Positions 50,781 through 61,781 are shown, counted from the first letter of the whole stretch. The stretch is 61,781 nt of DNA, filler included, from Squatina squatina (GCA_031763465.1; 3 parts of 3 records of this genome joined end to end with filler, not necessarily neighbours in it), one strand, 5' to 3'. Notes: a model not told the origin generated them from the sequence alone. Numbers and translations: made by a program.

Positions 50781-51503
50781 TTTAGTGGTAATACCATCAA
50801 AGGACACTGCACCCTGCAGCATCTCCATCTGTTATTGCAAACCAAGTCACAGCCTACTGTTCACTCAGTGCCACCTACAGAACAAATGGGACAACAGCAG
50901 AAAGGATGCAGGGCTTATACCATACCACAAAAGAGGTTAATAAAACACAGTCATTTTAAAACATTTAACCAAAACAAGTTTTCTTTATAATTTGTAAATC
51001 TGGCTTGTCACAAATGTGATCACATCATCAGAAGCCTGTATTCAGATCTGTCTCAGGTTGGGACTCGGATGAACAATGAGATTGTAACCCAGAGAGGAAA
51101 CTTTCAACAAAAGCAAACTACTGCGGATGCTGGAATCGGAAATAAAAAACAGAAAATGCTGGAAATACTCAGCAGGTCAGGCAGCATCTGCGAAGAGAAA
51201 CAGAGTTAATATTTCAGGTTGATGACCCTTCGTCAGAACTGGAAATAGTTAGAGGTGAAACAGGTTTTTAAGCAAGAGTAGGGGCAGGGAAAGGAGAGAT
51301 GGGAGGAAAGAACAAGAGGGAAAATCTGTGATCGGGTAGAAGGCAGAAGAGATTAAGAGACGGTGCAAGGCAAAAGGAGATGGTAATGGGCAAGTTAAGA
51401 AACAGAAGTTTTCAGTGGTAATGCTATCAAAAGAAACCACACACTGCAGTATCGCAAACCAAGTCACAGCCTATTGTTCACTCAGTGCCACCTACAGAAC
51501 AAA
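50781..51503 (+). repeat. Local direct repeat pair of about 100 bp (50781-50886 and 51411-51503)
   Basis: The core GCAAACCAAGTCACAGCCTA(C/T)TGTTCACTCAGTGCCACCTACAGAACAAA matches at 49 of 50 positions at 50837-50886 and 51454-51503. Confidence 0.8.
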
Positions 51504-51871
51504 ATGTTCCATACCAGCGCTTCCGATGTCTTCCTTTTTCCTCAACTGAGGATGCCCCTCTCCCATGGTTGACATGGCCCTCGACCGTGTCCGTTCTATT
51601 TCCAACACTTCTGCGCTCACCCCTTCCCCTCCCTCCCAGAATCCCATCCTCACCTTTCAACCCACCAGCCTCCACGTTCAACAAATCATCCTCCACCATT
51701 TCCGCCACCTCCGGCATGATCCCACTACCAAACACATCTTTCCTTCCCTTTCAACATTCTGAAGGGACCGCTCCCTCCGCGACACCCTAGTCCACACCTC
51801 CATCACTCCTGCAACAGTTGTGGAGATGCAACACCTGCCCCTTTTACATCCTCCCTTCCCACTGTCGAGGG
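51110..51871. mobile_element. Penelope-like element pieces: inverted terminal repeat (-; ~51110-51400) and ORF fragment (+; ~51520-51871)
   Basis: The plus-strand fragment encodes ALDRVRSISNTSALTPSPPSQNPILTFQPTSLHVQQIILHHFRHLRHDPTTKHIFPS. The minus-strand piece matches the terminal sequence at 35487-35630. Confidence 0.8.
51203..51240 (-). ncRNA. Minimal type-I hammerhead ribozyme motif in a Penelope terminal repeat
   Basis: Minus strand AGUU-CUGACGA-AGG(GUCAUCAA)CCU-GAAAUAUU-AACU: both core boxes, a 3-bp stem II, a 4-bp stem I and a palindromic AUAU in place of stem III. Confidence 0.6.
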
Positions 51872-52349
51872 NNNNNNNNNNNNNNNNNNNNNNNNNNNNN
51901 NNNNNNNNNNNNNNNNNNNNNNNNNNNNNNNNNNNNNNNNNNNNNNNNNNNNNNNNNNNNNNNNNNNNNNNTTTACGCTTGGTAAAATCTAGCTTATCTG
52001 CTTTGTTTTATCAGTGTAAGAAACGTGAAAAAAATTAAATAAAAATTGTGGAAATATACGGCCAAATAGCATGCCTAACCTCCTTAAGCAGAGACTGGAT
52101 TGCCTGCTGGGGGCAGAATGCTGAAAGCTATCTCCCGGATAAACATCTGTTCTACTGGTGCGCCAGTTACACAATGACTGCAACTAGAAGGATCAACACA
52201 GGAGGGCACCCAAGTCAAGCAAACAGTGCAAAAAATGTCTACAGGTAAAGTACCGATATGGACATGAAATTAAAAATTAGAAAAAGGATATCTGTTTAAG
52301 TCCCAGCTTTACTTGAACAACATGCACCCTTCCCCAACTCTTGAGATCT

Positions 52350-52500
52350 GGGTGGGGCAGTGCAGTGTGTTAAGGTCCTGGCCTTTCACCTCTGGGACCT
52401 GTGATAAAATCCAGTCCTGATTGATCAGATCAAAGTCTCCTCTGTCTGCAAGGAGACGATATGAAGTGAGTTTAGACAGTCTCAAACTAGTGGCATGGGG
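52350..52500 (+). mobile_element. Ancient tRNA-derived SINE (LF-SINE-like)
   Basis: GGCCTTTCACCTCTGGGACCTG...AAATCCAGTCC...AAAGTCTCCTCTGTCTG...ATATGAAGTGAGTTT...GTCTCA resembles the LF-SINE 5' half as I recall it. Confidence 0.45.
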
Positions 52501-52609
52501 CTACAGCAGAAAACTACCCCTAATTGACAATTTCACTCACCGATGGCCGCGACTCATGTTGAAGCACATTGTCGCTTGTTAAAGGGAGCCAACTCTGCAT
52601 CTGGCGGTA

Positions 52610-53186
52610 CCTCAGTTGTGGAACAATTCTTGAAGTCATTAATATGAAATGGATGCATCACCTGATGTTGAGAACATGAAATGGAAAGACTTCCATTCTC
52701 CCACCACAACATCCTTCACTTTGATGAGCACAAAAATCTGAAGGGGGGTGGGGGGGGAAAACTGTGCGACCTTGCAAGTGGGGAATCATTAACATTCAAT
52801 ACTCAAGTTGTTTGTGTGCACAGTGCAAATAATAGCAGAATGGAACCAAATTCATTTGGAGGAATACCCAGTTATAAAAAAAGTGTCTCTGCGGACATCG
52901 GATAATACAGTATTACTGAGAGCAATCACTTGGATATTTTAAACCAATTGCTGATATCATTTGGCTAAAACCACTAGACTGTCTAGTTATTCAGGGCTGA
53001 GGCTGGAATGGAAGAGGGAAGAGCGAAAAAAAAGTCTCCAAAACCAAATACCTATTGCAATTTATTCACAGCATTCCTATGCAAACAATGCATGAAGAAT
53101 ACCTTGCCATTGGTCAACTTTAACCCGTGTACAAAATGTGCATCCATTTCATATTACTGACTTCAAGAATTGTTCCACAAGTGAGG
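52610..53186. repeat. 48-bp inverted repeat pair enclosing 481 bp
   Basis: 52610-52657 matches the reverse complement of 53139-53186 at 46 of 48 positions. Confidence 0.85.
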
Positions 53187-54023
53187 CCAACTACACAATT
53201 CAACAAGCATTCATATAGTGCCCAAATGTCCCAAAGCACTTTGCATGAGCGTTATCAAACTAAAGTTGTCACTGAGCCACTTAAAGAGAGAAATAGGACA
53301 GGTGACCAAAAGCTCAGGCAAAGAGATAGGTTTTAAGAAGCGAGGGAGAGATAGGAGATGCAGAGGTTTAGGGAGGGGTCCTAGGCTGCTGAAGGCACGG
53401 CCGCTAATCTTGGAGCAATCAAAATTGGGGATGTGCAAAAGGCCAGAATTGGAGGGGCGCAGAGACCTCAGAGGGTTGTAAGGCTGGAAGAGGTTACAGA
53501 GAAAGGGAAGAGAGGGTAGTCAGGGATGGGCAATAAATTCTGGCCTTGCCAACAATGCCCACGTCTCAGGAATTAATATTAATAAAATGAATTAAATATC
53601 ACTTAAAGCACCATATTTTTCAGCACTTTCTGATCCTTAACTGAATAAAATAATAAATATGATAGAGATATTCATTTTTTATTCAAACTTATAGATTCCT
53701 TACATGATGCAACCATATATCAAAGACATTTAAAATAGGAAAATAATCCAAATTGTGTAACATATAAAATTCCGTACATATTTGTAATCCTTACATATAT
53801 TTTTAAAATAATACAGAATAAATAATGAATTGAGATGCATGTACATAGGGCAGCTGATAAACTGACTAATCTGATAACAGCAGCCACTATAAGCTTATTG
53901 CGATATAATTAGTTTGTTATATAACTTTACGATAAAATAAAATCTCTCGGACACACATGGCGACCCAATCACAAATCTTTGGCTATTATACAAGCTGAGA
54001 CAGCTAAAAGTAACATTCCCCAC

Positions 54024-54157
54024 CTTGAGGTTCCCCACTTTAAGTGCTTGCCTCCTTTGCAGTCTATTTAAATATCCTGAAGTCACCAAGTCCCCGAGAT
54101 CTGTGCTGCCTAATTGGCCCTGCTCAGCCGTTCTCTCAAGAATTTTTTTAAACAGCA
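54024..54157 (-). CDS. Candidate internal exon, probably of the PHLDB gene (unassigned)
   Basis: Acceptor TCTCCTTCTGTCTCCTTAG and donor AAG|GTGGGG; 134 nt, open frame LFKKILERTAEQGQLGSTDLGDLVTSGYLNRLQRRQALKVGNLK. Same strand as, and downstream of, the PHLDB exons. I do not recognise the peptide. Confidence 0.4.
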
Positions 54158-55943
54158 CTAAGGAGACAGAAGGAGATAGATGGCAAGGGGGCATTAATAT
54201 ACAAATCTAACAATGGACGCCAGTGGTAGAGAGGAAGCAAGCATTGAGCCTTGAGAGAGGAGGATGAATGAAGACCACACTGAAAGCTTTCACTTTCGCC
54301 TTCATCACAAATAACAAACAGCACGGGATGCATTTGAATGGAATATGGAGGCTGGAACCTGAATGAGTGAATATATGGACCGTGGGAAATCTGAAGTGCA
54401 CATTTCCCTTAGTAGAAAGATCCAGAGAACACAGGAGTTTCTCCAGATTGATGAGAATGCGCTGGTGGTAAATGCAGCGATTCCACGCTCCCAGTAGGAA
54501 GTTGGGGTTTGGCCACTGTGCTGTCGCCTTGTCTCTGATCCCCACTCCCTCCGAACACCTCTCCCCCAGAGGGAGGTTACAGAGATAGGGAGGGGCAATG
54601 CCACGGTGGGATTTGAACACAAGGCTGCATTTAGTAGTGAAAGCAACAACAAACAATTGCTGGAAATGGGAAGATTTCCCAGTGAGCTGAATTCTATAAC
54701 ATTTCCTAATGCAAAAGCTGCAGGAAGGAGAACGCTGATGATGAGAGTGGAAAAGGAACTGAAGGTGAGGCCATTTACACAGCATGAAAGTTGGAGGAAG
54801 GATATAGATCATGTAAGGCTGATGAGCTCAGTGCCCTTAAAGGGACAAGTCTTGGGCTGCTTTCCATTCTAGTGGATAGATGTCCTTCGGACATGGAGGA
54901 TGAATGAATGGGAAGACTGCAAACAGCAGCATCAGAGATTCTGAAATGTAGGATCAATCTCAGCAACAAACAAATCAAGATCAGAAATAAAATCTAAACT
55001 TTTGTCTTCTTCAGACCTCTGGACTCTTCCCTCAAAAGCCAGTTTGGTTTAAAATATTCAGTTATAACTACAGGATATGAATTCATAATGATAAGTGCTC
55101 TGAATGATGTCAACCAGTTTATGATCGGGTTTTTAAAAGGAAGAATTCTGAAGCAAGATTTTGTTGCTATGTGGGGAATGGGGAAGGTTCGAGGGTCTGA
55201 ACAGCCTCCTCCTGTTCCTACATAATTAAATACAATGCCCTGCCAGCTTACCTTCATTTACGTGTTGCCAGGTATCCGATTAGTCCGATCGCCATAACAA
55301 ATTTAGATTGAAACAGCCATTTCCATTGATACACTTGCCTTATTGGAAGGAGTTAATATTAATGAATTAGCACCAAAGTTCTGAGTCTGCAGAGACTGTG
55401 AGGAAACCTCAACCACTGCCAGCGGGCACAGTACCCAGTATCCACGAGCTTCCAGTGTCCATGCTGGCGGTCAATTTATATTACTCCCAACATCTGACCT
55501 TTATTTTTCACAGTACAAATATCATTTTGAAAACTGGCTGACTACTATTTCAATAAAAAAAGGTCAGGAAACAAACTACTTCCTTTCTTACTGGACAAAA
55601 CCCCAACATCACGCGATGTGGCACTCACAGAGATTCTCGTTAGCTTTAGACACTGGGAATTTCTCCCGAATGGCTGCTGCAATTTTGGCAGAAATCCCAT
55701 TTACATGTTTATCTGGGGTTCGGCGCCCAATCGGGACGCCTGAGGAATTCCCCGCCAGAAAAGCAAATTATTAATTGAAATATATAAGCGTAATCTTATT
55801 ATCTATAATATAGACTGGATAACTATCTAATGCTGTATCAAAAATAGACATGGCTGCCCTTTTAAATCAGTCAGTCTCTCTGAAGTAAGTTTTCCATCTT
55901 TAGTGCCCTTGATGAGGACCTCATAAATCTGGGCACATATATG

Positions 55944-56097
55944 GGCACTGAGGCAGGCTTGCACGCTTGGGCATGTATACCAGGTAGTGAGGCAGGCTTG
56001 CACACCTGGGCATGTATGCCAGGTACTGAGGCACGCTCACACACCTGAGCATGTATACCAGGCACTGAGACACTCACACACCTGAGCATGTATACCA
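55944..56097. repeat. Minisatellite with a ~39-bp unit, at least 4 copies, running into a gap
   Basis: Unit GGCACTGAGGCAGGCTTGCACACCTGGGCATGTATACCA, diverging progressively. Confidence 0.88.
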
Positions 56098-56254
56098 NNN
56101 NNNNNNNNNNNNNNNNNNNNNNNNNNNNNNNNNNNNNNNNNNNNNNNNNNNNNNNNNNNNNNNNNNNNNNNNNNNNNNNNNNNNNNNNNNNNNNNNNCAA
56201 CAAATTACAGGAATACATTAATAAAATTGTAAAATGTGCATATAATTGCCAATT

Positions 56255-56935
56255 AATTTCAATTCAGCTAAAAGAGGTCTTACATTTTGGTAAGAAAATA
56301 GGGAGATCACTTATTGGAAAATAGAAATCTAAATGAGGTAGAAGAGACCTAGAGTACAAATACACATCACAAAGTAGCGACACAAGTTAACAAGACCATA
56401 AAAGCAAACCAAGCAGTAGGGTTTATTTCTAGAGATATAGAATTGAAAAGTAGGGAAGTTATGCTAAACTCACATCAAACCTTGGTTAGACTGCACTTGG
56501 AGTTCTGCATACAGTTCTGGTCCCCATCTTATAAAAAGTATATAGAGGCATTGGAGTGGGTGCGGAGAAGATTTACAAGCACAAGAAAGGATGAACAGGC
56601 TGGGTCTTGAAAAGAGAAGGCCGAGGGGTGATCTAATAGAGATCTTTAAAATCATCAAGGGTTTTGATAGAGTAGATGGAGAGAGAATGGTTCCACTTGT
56701 GGGGAACAGCAGAACTAGAGGCCATCAATACAAGATAGTCACCAACTTGCCCAGAATGTGGAACTCTACCAGAAGTGGCTGAAGCGAATAGTTTAAGGGA
56801 CAGTTAGATAAACATATAAGGGAGAATGGAGTAGAGGGTTATGCTGATCGATCTTAGATGAGGAAAGATAGAAGGAGGCTTGAGTGGAGCATAAACATTG
56901 ACCTGGCCTGTTTCTGTGCTATATATCCTATGTAG
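56255..56935 (+). mobile_element. CR1 LINE 3' fragment, degenerate
   Basis: Encodes LEKRRPRGDLIEIFKIIKGFDRVDGERMVPLVGNSRTRGHQYKIVT, followed by the family 3' tail. Confidence 0.88.
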
Positions 56936-57530
56936 TAGGTGCCAATGAGAAGTTAGATAATACTCTGGTAGTGCAAACTGTAGGGCAAATTACATTGGCA
57001 AATACCTGGGTGCTGTTTTACCTGCTCTCCTAGCTACAGCTAGAAGAGTGTAACTCCGGGATTTATGGAAAAAAAAAACTTGTGTCGTGCCAGTCCTTTA
57101 GGAATGAGGTGACTATTGGAACACTAATGTTCTTAATAGATCTTTAAGTTGTTTCTGTNNNNNNNNNNNNNNNNNNNNNNNNNNNNNNNNNNNNNNNNNN
57201 NNNNNNNNNNNNNNNNNNNNNNNNNNNNNNNNNNNNNNNNNNNNNNNNNNNNNNNNNNAGCAGCGGGTGTTATGGGACAGGCAAGGTGTGACATCTCTAA
57301 CATTGAAAGACCCATCACGGCGCGTAAGTGTCACAGGTAGCTGCAAAAAAGTGAACACTTTTATAAAATGAGATTTCCCATAGGAGCTGGTTTACATGGA
57401 GAGTTTTCAATGGATTGCACGCAGGATGTATTGAAGTTAAGATATAAATTGCTTCGTAGAATTAGCAACCTGTCTTTAATTAGAATGTAAATGGGCATAA
57501 AACAAACTCGGGAACCAGTGATCTACTGAC

Positions 57531-57659
57531 CCTCTCCAACTGCTCCTGTAAGCATTGTCTCAGGGGTTCTGGGCAGTTATCAAGCTTGCTCTTCAACTCA
57601 GAGTACATCTCTTGCAGCCTCTCTACTTTTTCTCTCTCAGTTTTCAAATGTGTTTTTTC
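57531..57659 (-). CDS. PHLDB2: PHLDB family (LL5-beta/PHLDB2-like) coiled-coil exon (129 nt)
   Basis: Acceptor cttttcag and donor gtcagt. Encodes EKTHLKTEREKVERLQEMYSELKSKLDNCPEPLRQCLQEQLER; compare PHLDB2 EKVKLDAEREKLERLQELYSEQKTQLDNCPESMREQLQQQLKR. The family is firm; the paralogue is not. Confidence 0.75.
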
Positions 57660-57842
57660 CTGAAAAGCAGAGCACAGAAATAACAAAAAGGCAAGGTGAC
57701 TTAAAATGAGTCCATGCGTGCAGCAGGTACAATGCCCACTTCCTAAGGCTGGATGGCAGTACTAAAGCGAGCAACTCTGTTATCGGGCTGAAACGGGGGA
57801 AATGTCTTTTGCCCAACTTGCTAACAAAGGGCGCATTTCACA

Positions 57843-58287
57843 AGAACAGGAGGAAGCCATTCAGCCCCTTGAACAAGATGAGGCCATTCAGCCCCTTGAG
57901 CCTGGACCACCATTCAATTAGATCACAGCTGATCTGTATCTTAACTCCATTTATCCATCTCGGTTACATATCCCTTAATGAACTAACCTTAAAAAAAAAT
58001 CTGTTAATCTCAGTTTTGTCACTTTCAGTTGAACCTCAACCCTAACAGCTTTTTGGGGGAGAGATTTCCAGATTTCCACTCTCCTTTGTGTGAAAAAGTG
58101 CTTCCTGACGTCACCCCTGAATGGCCGAGCTCTAAATTTAAAGTTATACCCCCTTGTTCTGGACTCCTCTCCACCAGAGGAAATAGTTTCTCTCGATCAA
58201 CCCTATCAAATCCTTTAATCATCTTAAATACCTCAAATAGAGCACCCCTTAATCTTCTATACTCGAGGGAATGTAAGCCTGGTCTAG
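57843..58287 (-). mobile_element. CR1 LINE 3' fragment
   Basis: Encodes PGLHSLEYRRLRGALFEVFKMIKGFDRVDREKLFPLV. The tail carries a short tandem duplication of GCCATTCAGCCCCTTGA. Confidence 0.88.
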
Positions 58288-59338
58288 TTTCCACAGAAGC
58301 AACATCACCCACATTTCCAACACTGCAAAACCAGCTAAAAGTAATCAGCAAATGCATGCAGCATTGTGACAGATTACACCTGCAAACACCATAAAGTACC
58401 AAAGAATAGTAGGGTGTGTGCAGCTTATGAACACTTTTCTGCAGCAATAAATTATGGTAAAGCAGAGAGGGAAAAAAGTTGTTCTTTGCAGTACGATATG
58501 TTAATAACAAGATGACAAAATACCTGGGGCGGCCAATTTGTGTTTTGGGCGTTTCTAGCGCTAAGTGCCAAATTTAGCGCTGGAAATGGGACTCTTTGAA
58601 AATTTTTCCTAAAGGCTGCAATTAGCCTCTCTGATGAGAAACACTAANNNNNNNNNNNNNNNNNNNNNNNNNNNNNNNNNNNNNNNNNNNNNNNNNNNNN
58701 NNNNNNNNNNNNNNNNNNNNNNNNNNNNNNNNNNNNNNNNNNNNNNNGGTGTTTTGATTCTAAATGGCACCAGGTGGTATCACACTTCTAATCCCATTGA
58801 TATACAACTCGTTGTTTTTGCATATTCCCCCTTACACACATCAACTGCAGCTGAACTTGCTGTTACTGCTCGGAGCGCTGCGACACTGGGACTAGTCAGC
58901 TTGACCATTTTGCATCTTTTAAAGAAAGTGGAGATAAATATTTGAAGCACAGGAAGTTCTAGGTCTATGGGGCGAGAATCTTGGATTGCCCCAATGAAGA
59001 GCCATCACATATACGATGGGCCAAATGACCTCCTTGTCAATGACTGTGGTTCAATGGGATTAGAAGGGTGGTGCCAATTCACACCATTCCAATTCACAAC
59101 AACAGCTATTGGTGTAGCAGGTCTTGATCATCTGTTATTTGACACTCAGCTGTCACTTAACACCCAGTTAGATGAAACTTTCAGTGGACCAGCTACGTGT
59201 GAAATGGTTACTGTAAATAGCTGAGCGGAACCTGGAGCCTGAGAGGCTGAGTAAAGTAAACTGATACTAAACTGCTTAAAACACACAGCTTGTCTAAACA
59301 AAACTCAATAGTTTTTAAAACGCTATTTTAAAAACAAT

Positions 59339-59503
59339 GGGGGTTAAACTGGTCTCGGGCAGTAGTGCAAATCGGGCGATAGCCAGTGAGTCGCCCAGTT
59401 TACAGCCTGCCCCAGCTCCTTTTCCATTGAAGTCGACATTAGCGGTGTGTAAACGGGCTGCCAATTTATTATCGCCCAGACAATTGAAGACCAATTTCAC
59501 GTC
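59339..59503. mobile_element. Palindromic MITE-like element (~165 bp)
   Basis: Outer arms GGGGTTAAACTGGTCT and AGACCAATTTCACGTCC; inner arms GGGCGATA...GCCCAGTTTACA and TGTAAACGGGC...TATCGCCC. Confidence 0.55.
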
Positions 59504-59623
59504 CACCGAGACGGAGATGACCCCAGATCCATGCTACTGAATATGGCTGGGATTGCTGCTGACACTGGCCTTTCAACCCTGTGTAAATCTGATGTGAAGA
59601 TATGTACAGGATGGAAAACTTAC

Positions 59624-60055
59624 CACGTTACACGCATCATCAGAGGCCCCTCCGTCCAGAATGTCGCCAAATGGACTTAATCTCTCGGCGGCATCACCCT
59701 GCCGGTGAGCTGGCTTTGGAGAATAAGATGACACGGAATCAGCTGAATGTTTCGGAGAGTGTTCGGCTGGACTGGAAGACAACAGCTGCCTCGTTGATCT
59801 TCTATCCGATGGACTAAAATCAAACATGGATGAAGAACAGTGCGAGGTTCTTGCAAAAGCCCTTGCCTCAGTTTCATTGCAACTGTGCTCGCTGGGCTCC
59901 AGCTGTGGCGAGCGCGCTCTGTTTTGGGACAGCGATAGCTTGTGCAGCTCCTCACCAATCTTCTCAATGCTGCTCACTGCGGCTCCAGCTGTGCCTTTAT
60001 CCGTTTTGTTGTATTCTGAGCAAAGATTCAGAATGGTTTCCAAACGCTGCCGTTC
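59624..60055 (-). CDS. PHLDB2: PHLDB family (PHLDB2-like) exon (432 nt)
   Basis: Acceptor tttgcag and donor gtaagt, phase 0-0. Begins ERQRLETILNLCSEYNK...SIEKIGEELHKLSLS, matching the PHLDB motif ERQRLETILxLCAEY and PHLDB2 VQKINKELEKLQLS. Confidence 0.78.
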
Positions 60056-60844
60056 CTGCAAAGTGAGATTGTAACAGTTATTAAGTGTTTCACAGAATCA
60101 TTAACAGAAACGGTAGCATAGGGGCGATGAACACAGGAACAGGAGGCGGCAATTCAGCCCCTCCAGCCTGTTCTGCCATTCAATTAGTTCATGGCTGCAC
60201 CTCATTTGCCCACCTTCCTTCCCTGACAAAAATCCATAGTTTGGTTATTAGACAAGGTTGTGAGCTCAAATCTCACCATGGCAAGCTATGAAACTGAAGT
60301 CAATAAATCGGCAATTTGAGGAAATGCTAGACTATGGTAAAAATCCAACTGGTTTACTCATGTCCTTCGGGGAAAGAAACCTGCCATCTGAGGCTACACG
60401 TGACTCCAGTCCCACACTTAATGTCTTCTGAAGTGATCTAGCAAGCCACTCAGTAGGGCAATAAATGTGGCTTTTCCAACACTGCTCACATCTTGAGAAC
60501 AAATAATATCTGTTGAATAATGAGCAAAATCTTCTGATCTGTAATACAATGAGAAAGAAGATTGACAGCTGAGCTCCATATCTGTTCTGCCAGATATTTT
60601 CTGCTCGTAAAATATGAACATAAGAACAGCTAAACAAAAAGACCATGGCCCACCTAATTTACCTTCTGCCATCCAGGTAGTCACGCGATACAATGACAAT
60701 GGAGTTGTTGACTAATCCTAGCAATCAATATCTATCAATGAGTCCACAACAGAGCCAGACACGAGGCGAGGAAAACCCCCAGTGGTGGAGAGCTCTGAGA
60801 GGCATGAGTTCAAAAATCACCTGTTCCTCCGAAGCAAGAAGAAA

Positions 60845-61275
60845 AAAAGACTTGCATTTATATAGCACCTTTCACGACCTCAGGATGTCCCAAAGTGCTT
60901 TACAGCCAATGAAATACTTTTGAAGTATCGTCACTGTTGTAATATGGGAAATGTGGCAGCCAATCTACGCACAGCAAGATCCCACAAACAGCAATGTGAT
61001 AATGACCAGATAAACCTCTTTTATTAGTGAAGTTGATTAAGCGATCAATATTGGCCAAGACACTGGGGATAACTCCCCTGCTCTCCTTCAAAACAGTGCC
61101 GCGGGATCTTTTACGTACACATGAGAGGGCAAACCAGGCCTCAGTTTAATGTCTCATCCAAAAGATGGCACCTCCCTCAGCATTGCACTGGAGTGCCAGC
61201 CTAGATTTATTTGCTCAAATCTCTGGAGTGAGACTTCTAACTCAGAAGCAAGAGTGCTACCCATTGAGTCACGGC
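60845..61275 (-). mobile_element. Deu-domain SINE (SacSINE1-like), near full length
   Basis: Plus strand reads aaagacttgcatttatatagcacctttcacgacc...ggcagccaatctacgcacagcaagatcccacaaacagc...gcactggagtgccagcctagat...agagtgctacccattgagtcacggc, the reverse complement of the family at 6216 and 20015. Confidence 0.8.
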
Positions 61276-61629
61276 TGAAACTCAATGCTACACTCAGCAC
61301 ATCTCATGTCTCAAATTACTCATATACTGTATCCCAAAATCTGAAAGAAAGGGGAGGATAATCAGGGAGGATCATTTTGTNNNNNNNNNNGTCTTCCATT
61401 TCCATACTCAGCATTGGTTTTTGTGGGAAGGCTGTATTCCAGGCCATAGTCCCTCTACACTGTGCTGCCCAGTAGCAGTGTCTGAGGTTTCGCAGGCTGG
61501 GTGTCCCCTTAACTGCGACTGACTGAAGAGTATACATGCTTGTTGAATTGCTCCCTTGCACAGCACACCCCTGACCCATGAAAATGAAGGGTGAAGTGCT
61601 CTGATGTCTCATACGGGGTCCTGGGCTTC

Positions 61630-61781
61630 GTAAATAGAAGCATAGAGTATAAAAACAAGGAAGTTATGCTAAGCATTTGTAAATCACATATTAGGCCTCA
61701 GCTGGAGTATTGTGTCCCATTCTTGGCACCACACTTCAGGAAGGAAGTAAAAGCCCTGGAGAAGGCGTAGAGGAGGTTTAC
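61630..61781 (+). mobile_element. CR1 LINE ORF2 fragment, truncated by the window end
   Basis: aggcctcagctggagtattgtgtcccattcttggcaccacacttcaggaagg = RPQLEYCVPFLAPHFRK. Confidence 0.82.

Noticed and set aside
54207-54812. 201-aa minus-strand ORF
   Set aside because: No recognisable domain, and it includes an L2-like scrap (LVFKSHRGIAPPYLCNL); most likely a chance ORF.
55251-55390. Strong minus-strand donor AAG|GTAAGC with upstream acceptors
   Set aside because: All three frames contain stops, so it is not a coding exon; a non-coding exon cannot be supported from sequence alone.
55944-56097. ~39-bp periodic repeat as a CRISPR-like array or repeat protein (PGIHAQVC...)
   Set aside because: Units are head-to-tail with no unique spacers, one unit breaks frame, and the context is a vertebrate intron or intergenic region; it is a minisatellite.
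58835-58915. Possible extra PHLDB exon
   Set aside because: The phase-0 frame required by its neighbours hits a stop after 7 codons.

Overview
This is eukaryotic draft-genome sequence from a vertebrate. The repeat content (CR1/L2/RTE LINEs, Penelope-like elements, Deu-domain SINEs) suggests a cartilaginous fish; that is an inference. There is no prokaryotic operon, CRISPR array, rRNA or tRNA gene. The window is three pieces joined by artificial N44-TTAATTAATTAA-N44 linkers (21848-21947, 45198-45297) and has many 100-N gaps of unknown true size, so every gene is only partly present. Piece 1 (+ strand) holds the last two coding exons and 3' UTR of PIM1, then exons 2-4 of TBC1D22B. Piece 2 holds three OSBPL5 exons (-), a PTPRJ-like fibronectin-III exon and a 12-nt microexon (-), and four PTPN5/STEP exons (+). 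Piece 3 holds ZRSR2 exons (-) and PHLDB2-like exons (-). The items most worth checking are a ZRSR2 exon with intact splice sites but two in-frame stops, the 12-nt microexon, minimal hammerhead ribozyme motifs in Penelope-like repeats, a 48-bp inverted-repeat pair, a miRNA-seed cluster in the PIM1 3' UTR, and a few orphan exon candidates. I found no convincing wholly new biological system. Gene calls rest on my translation and recall of vertebrate orthologues, not on database searches.
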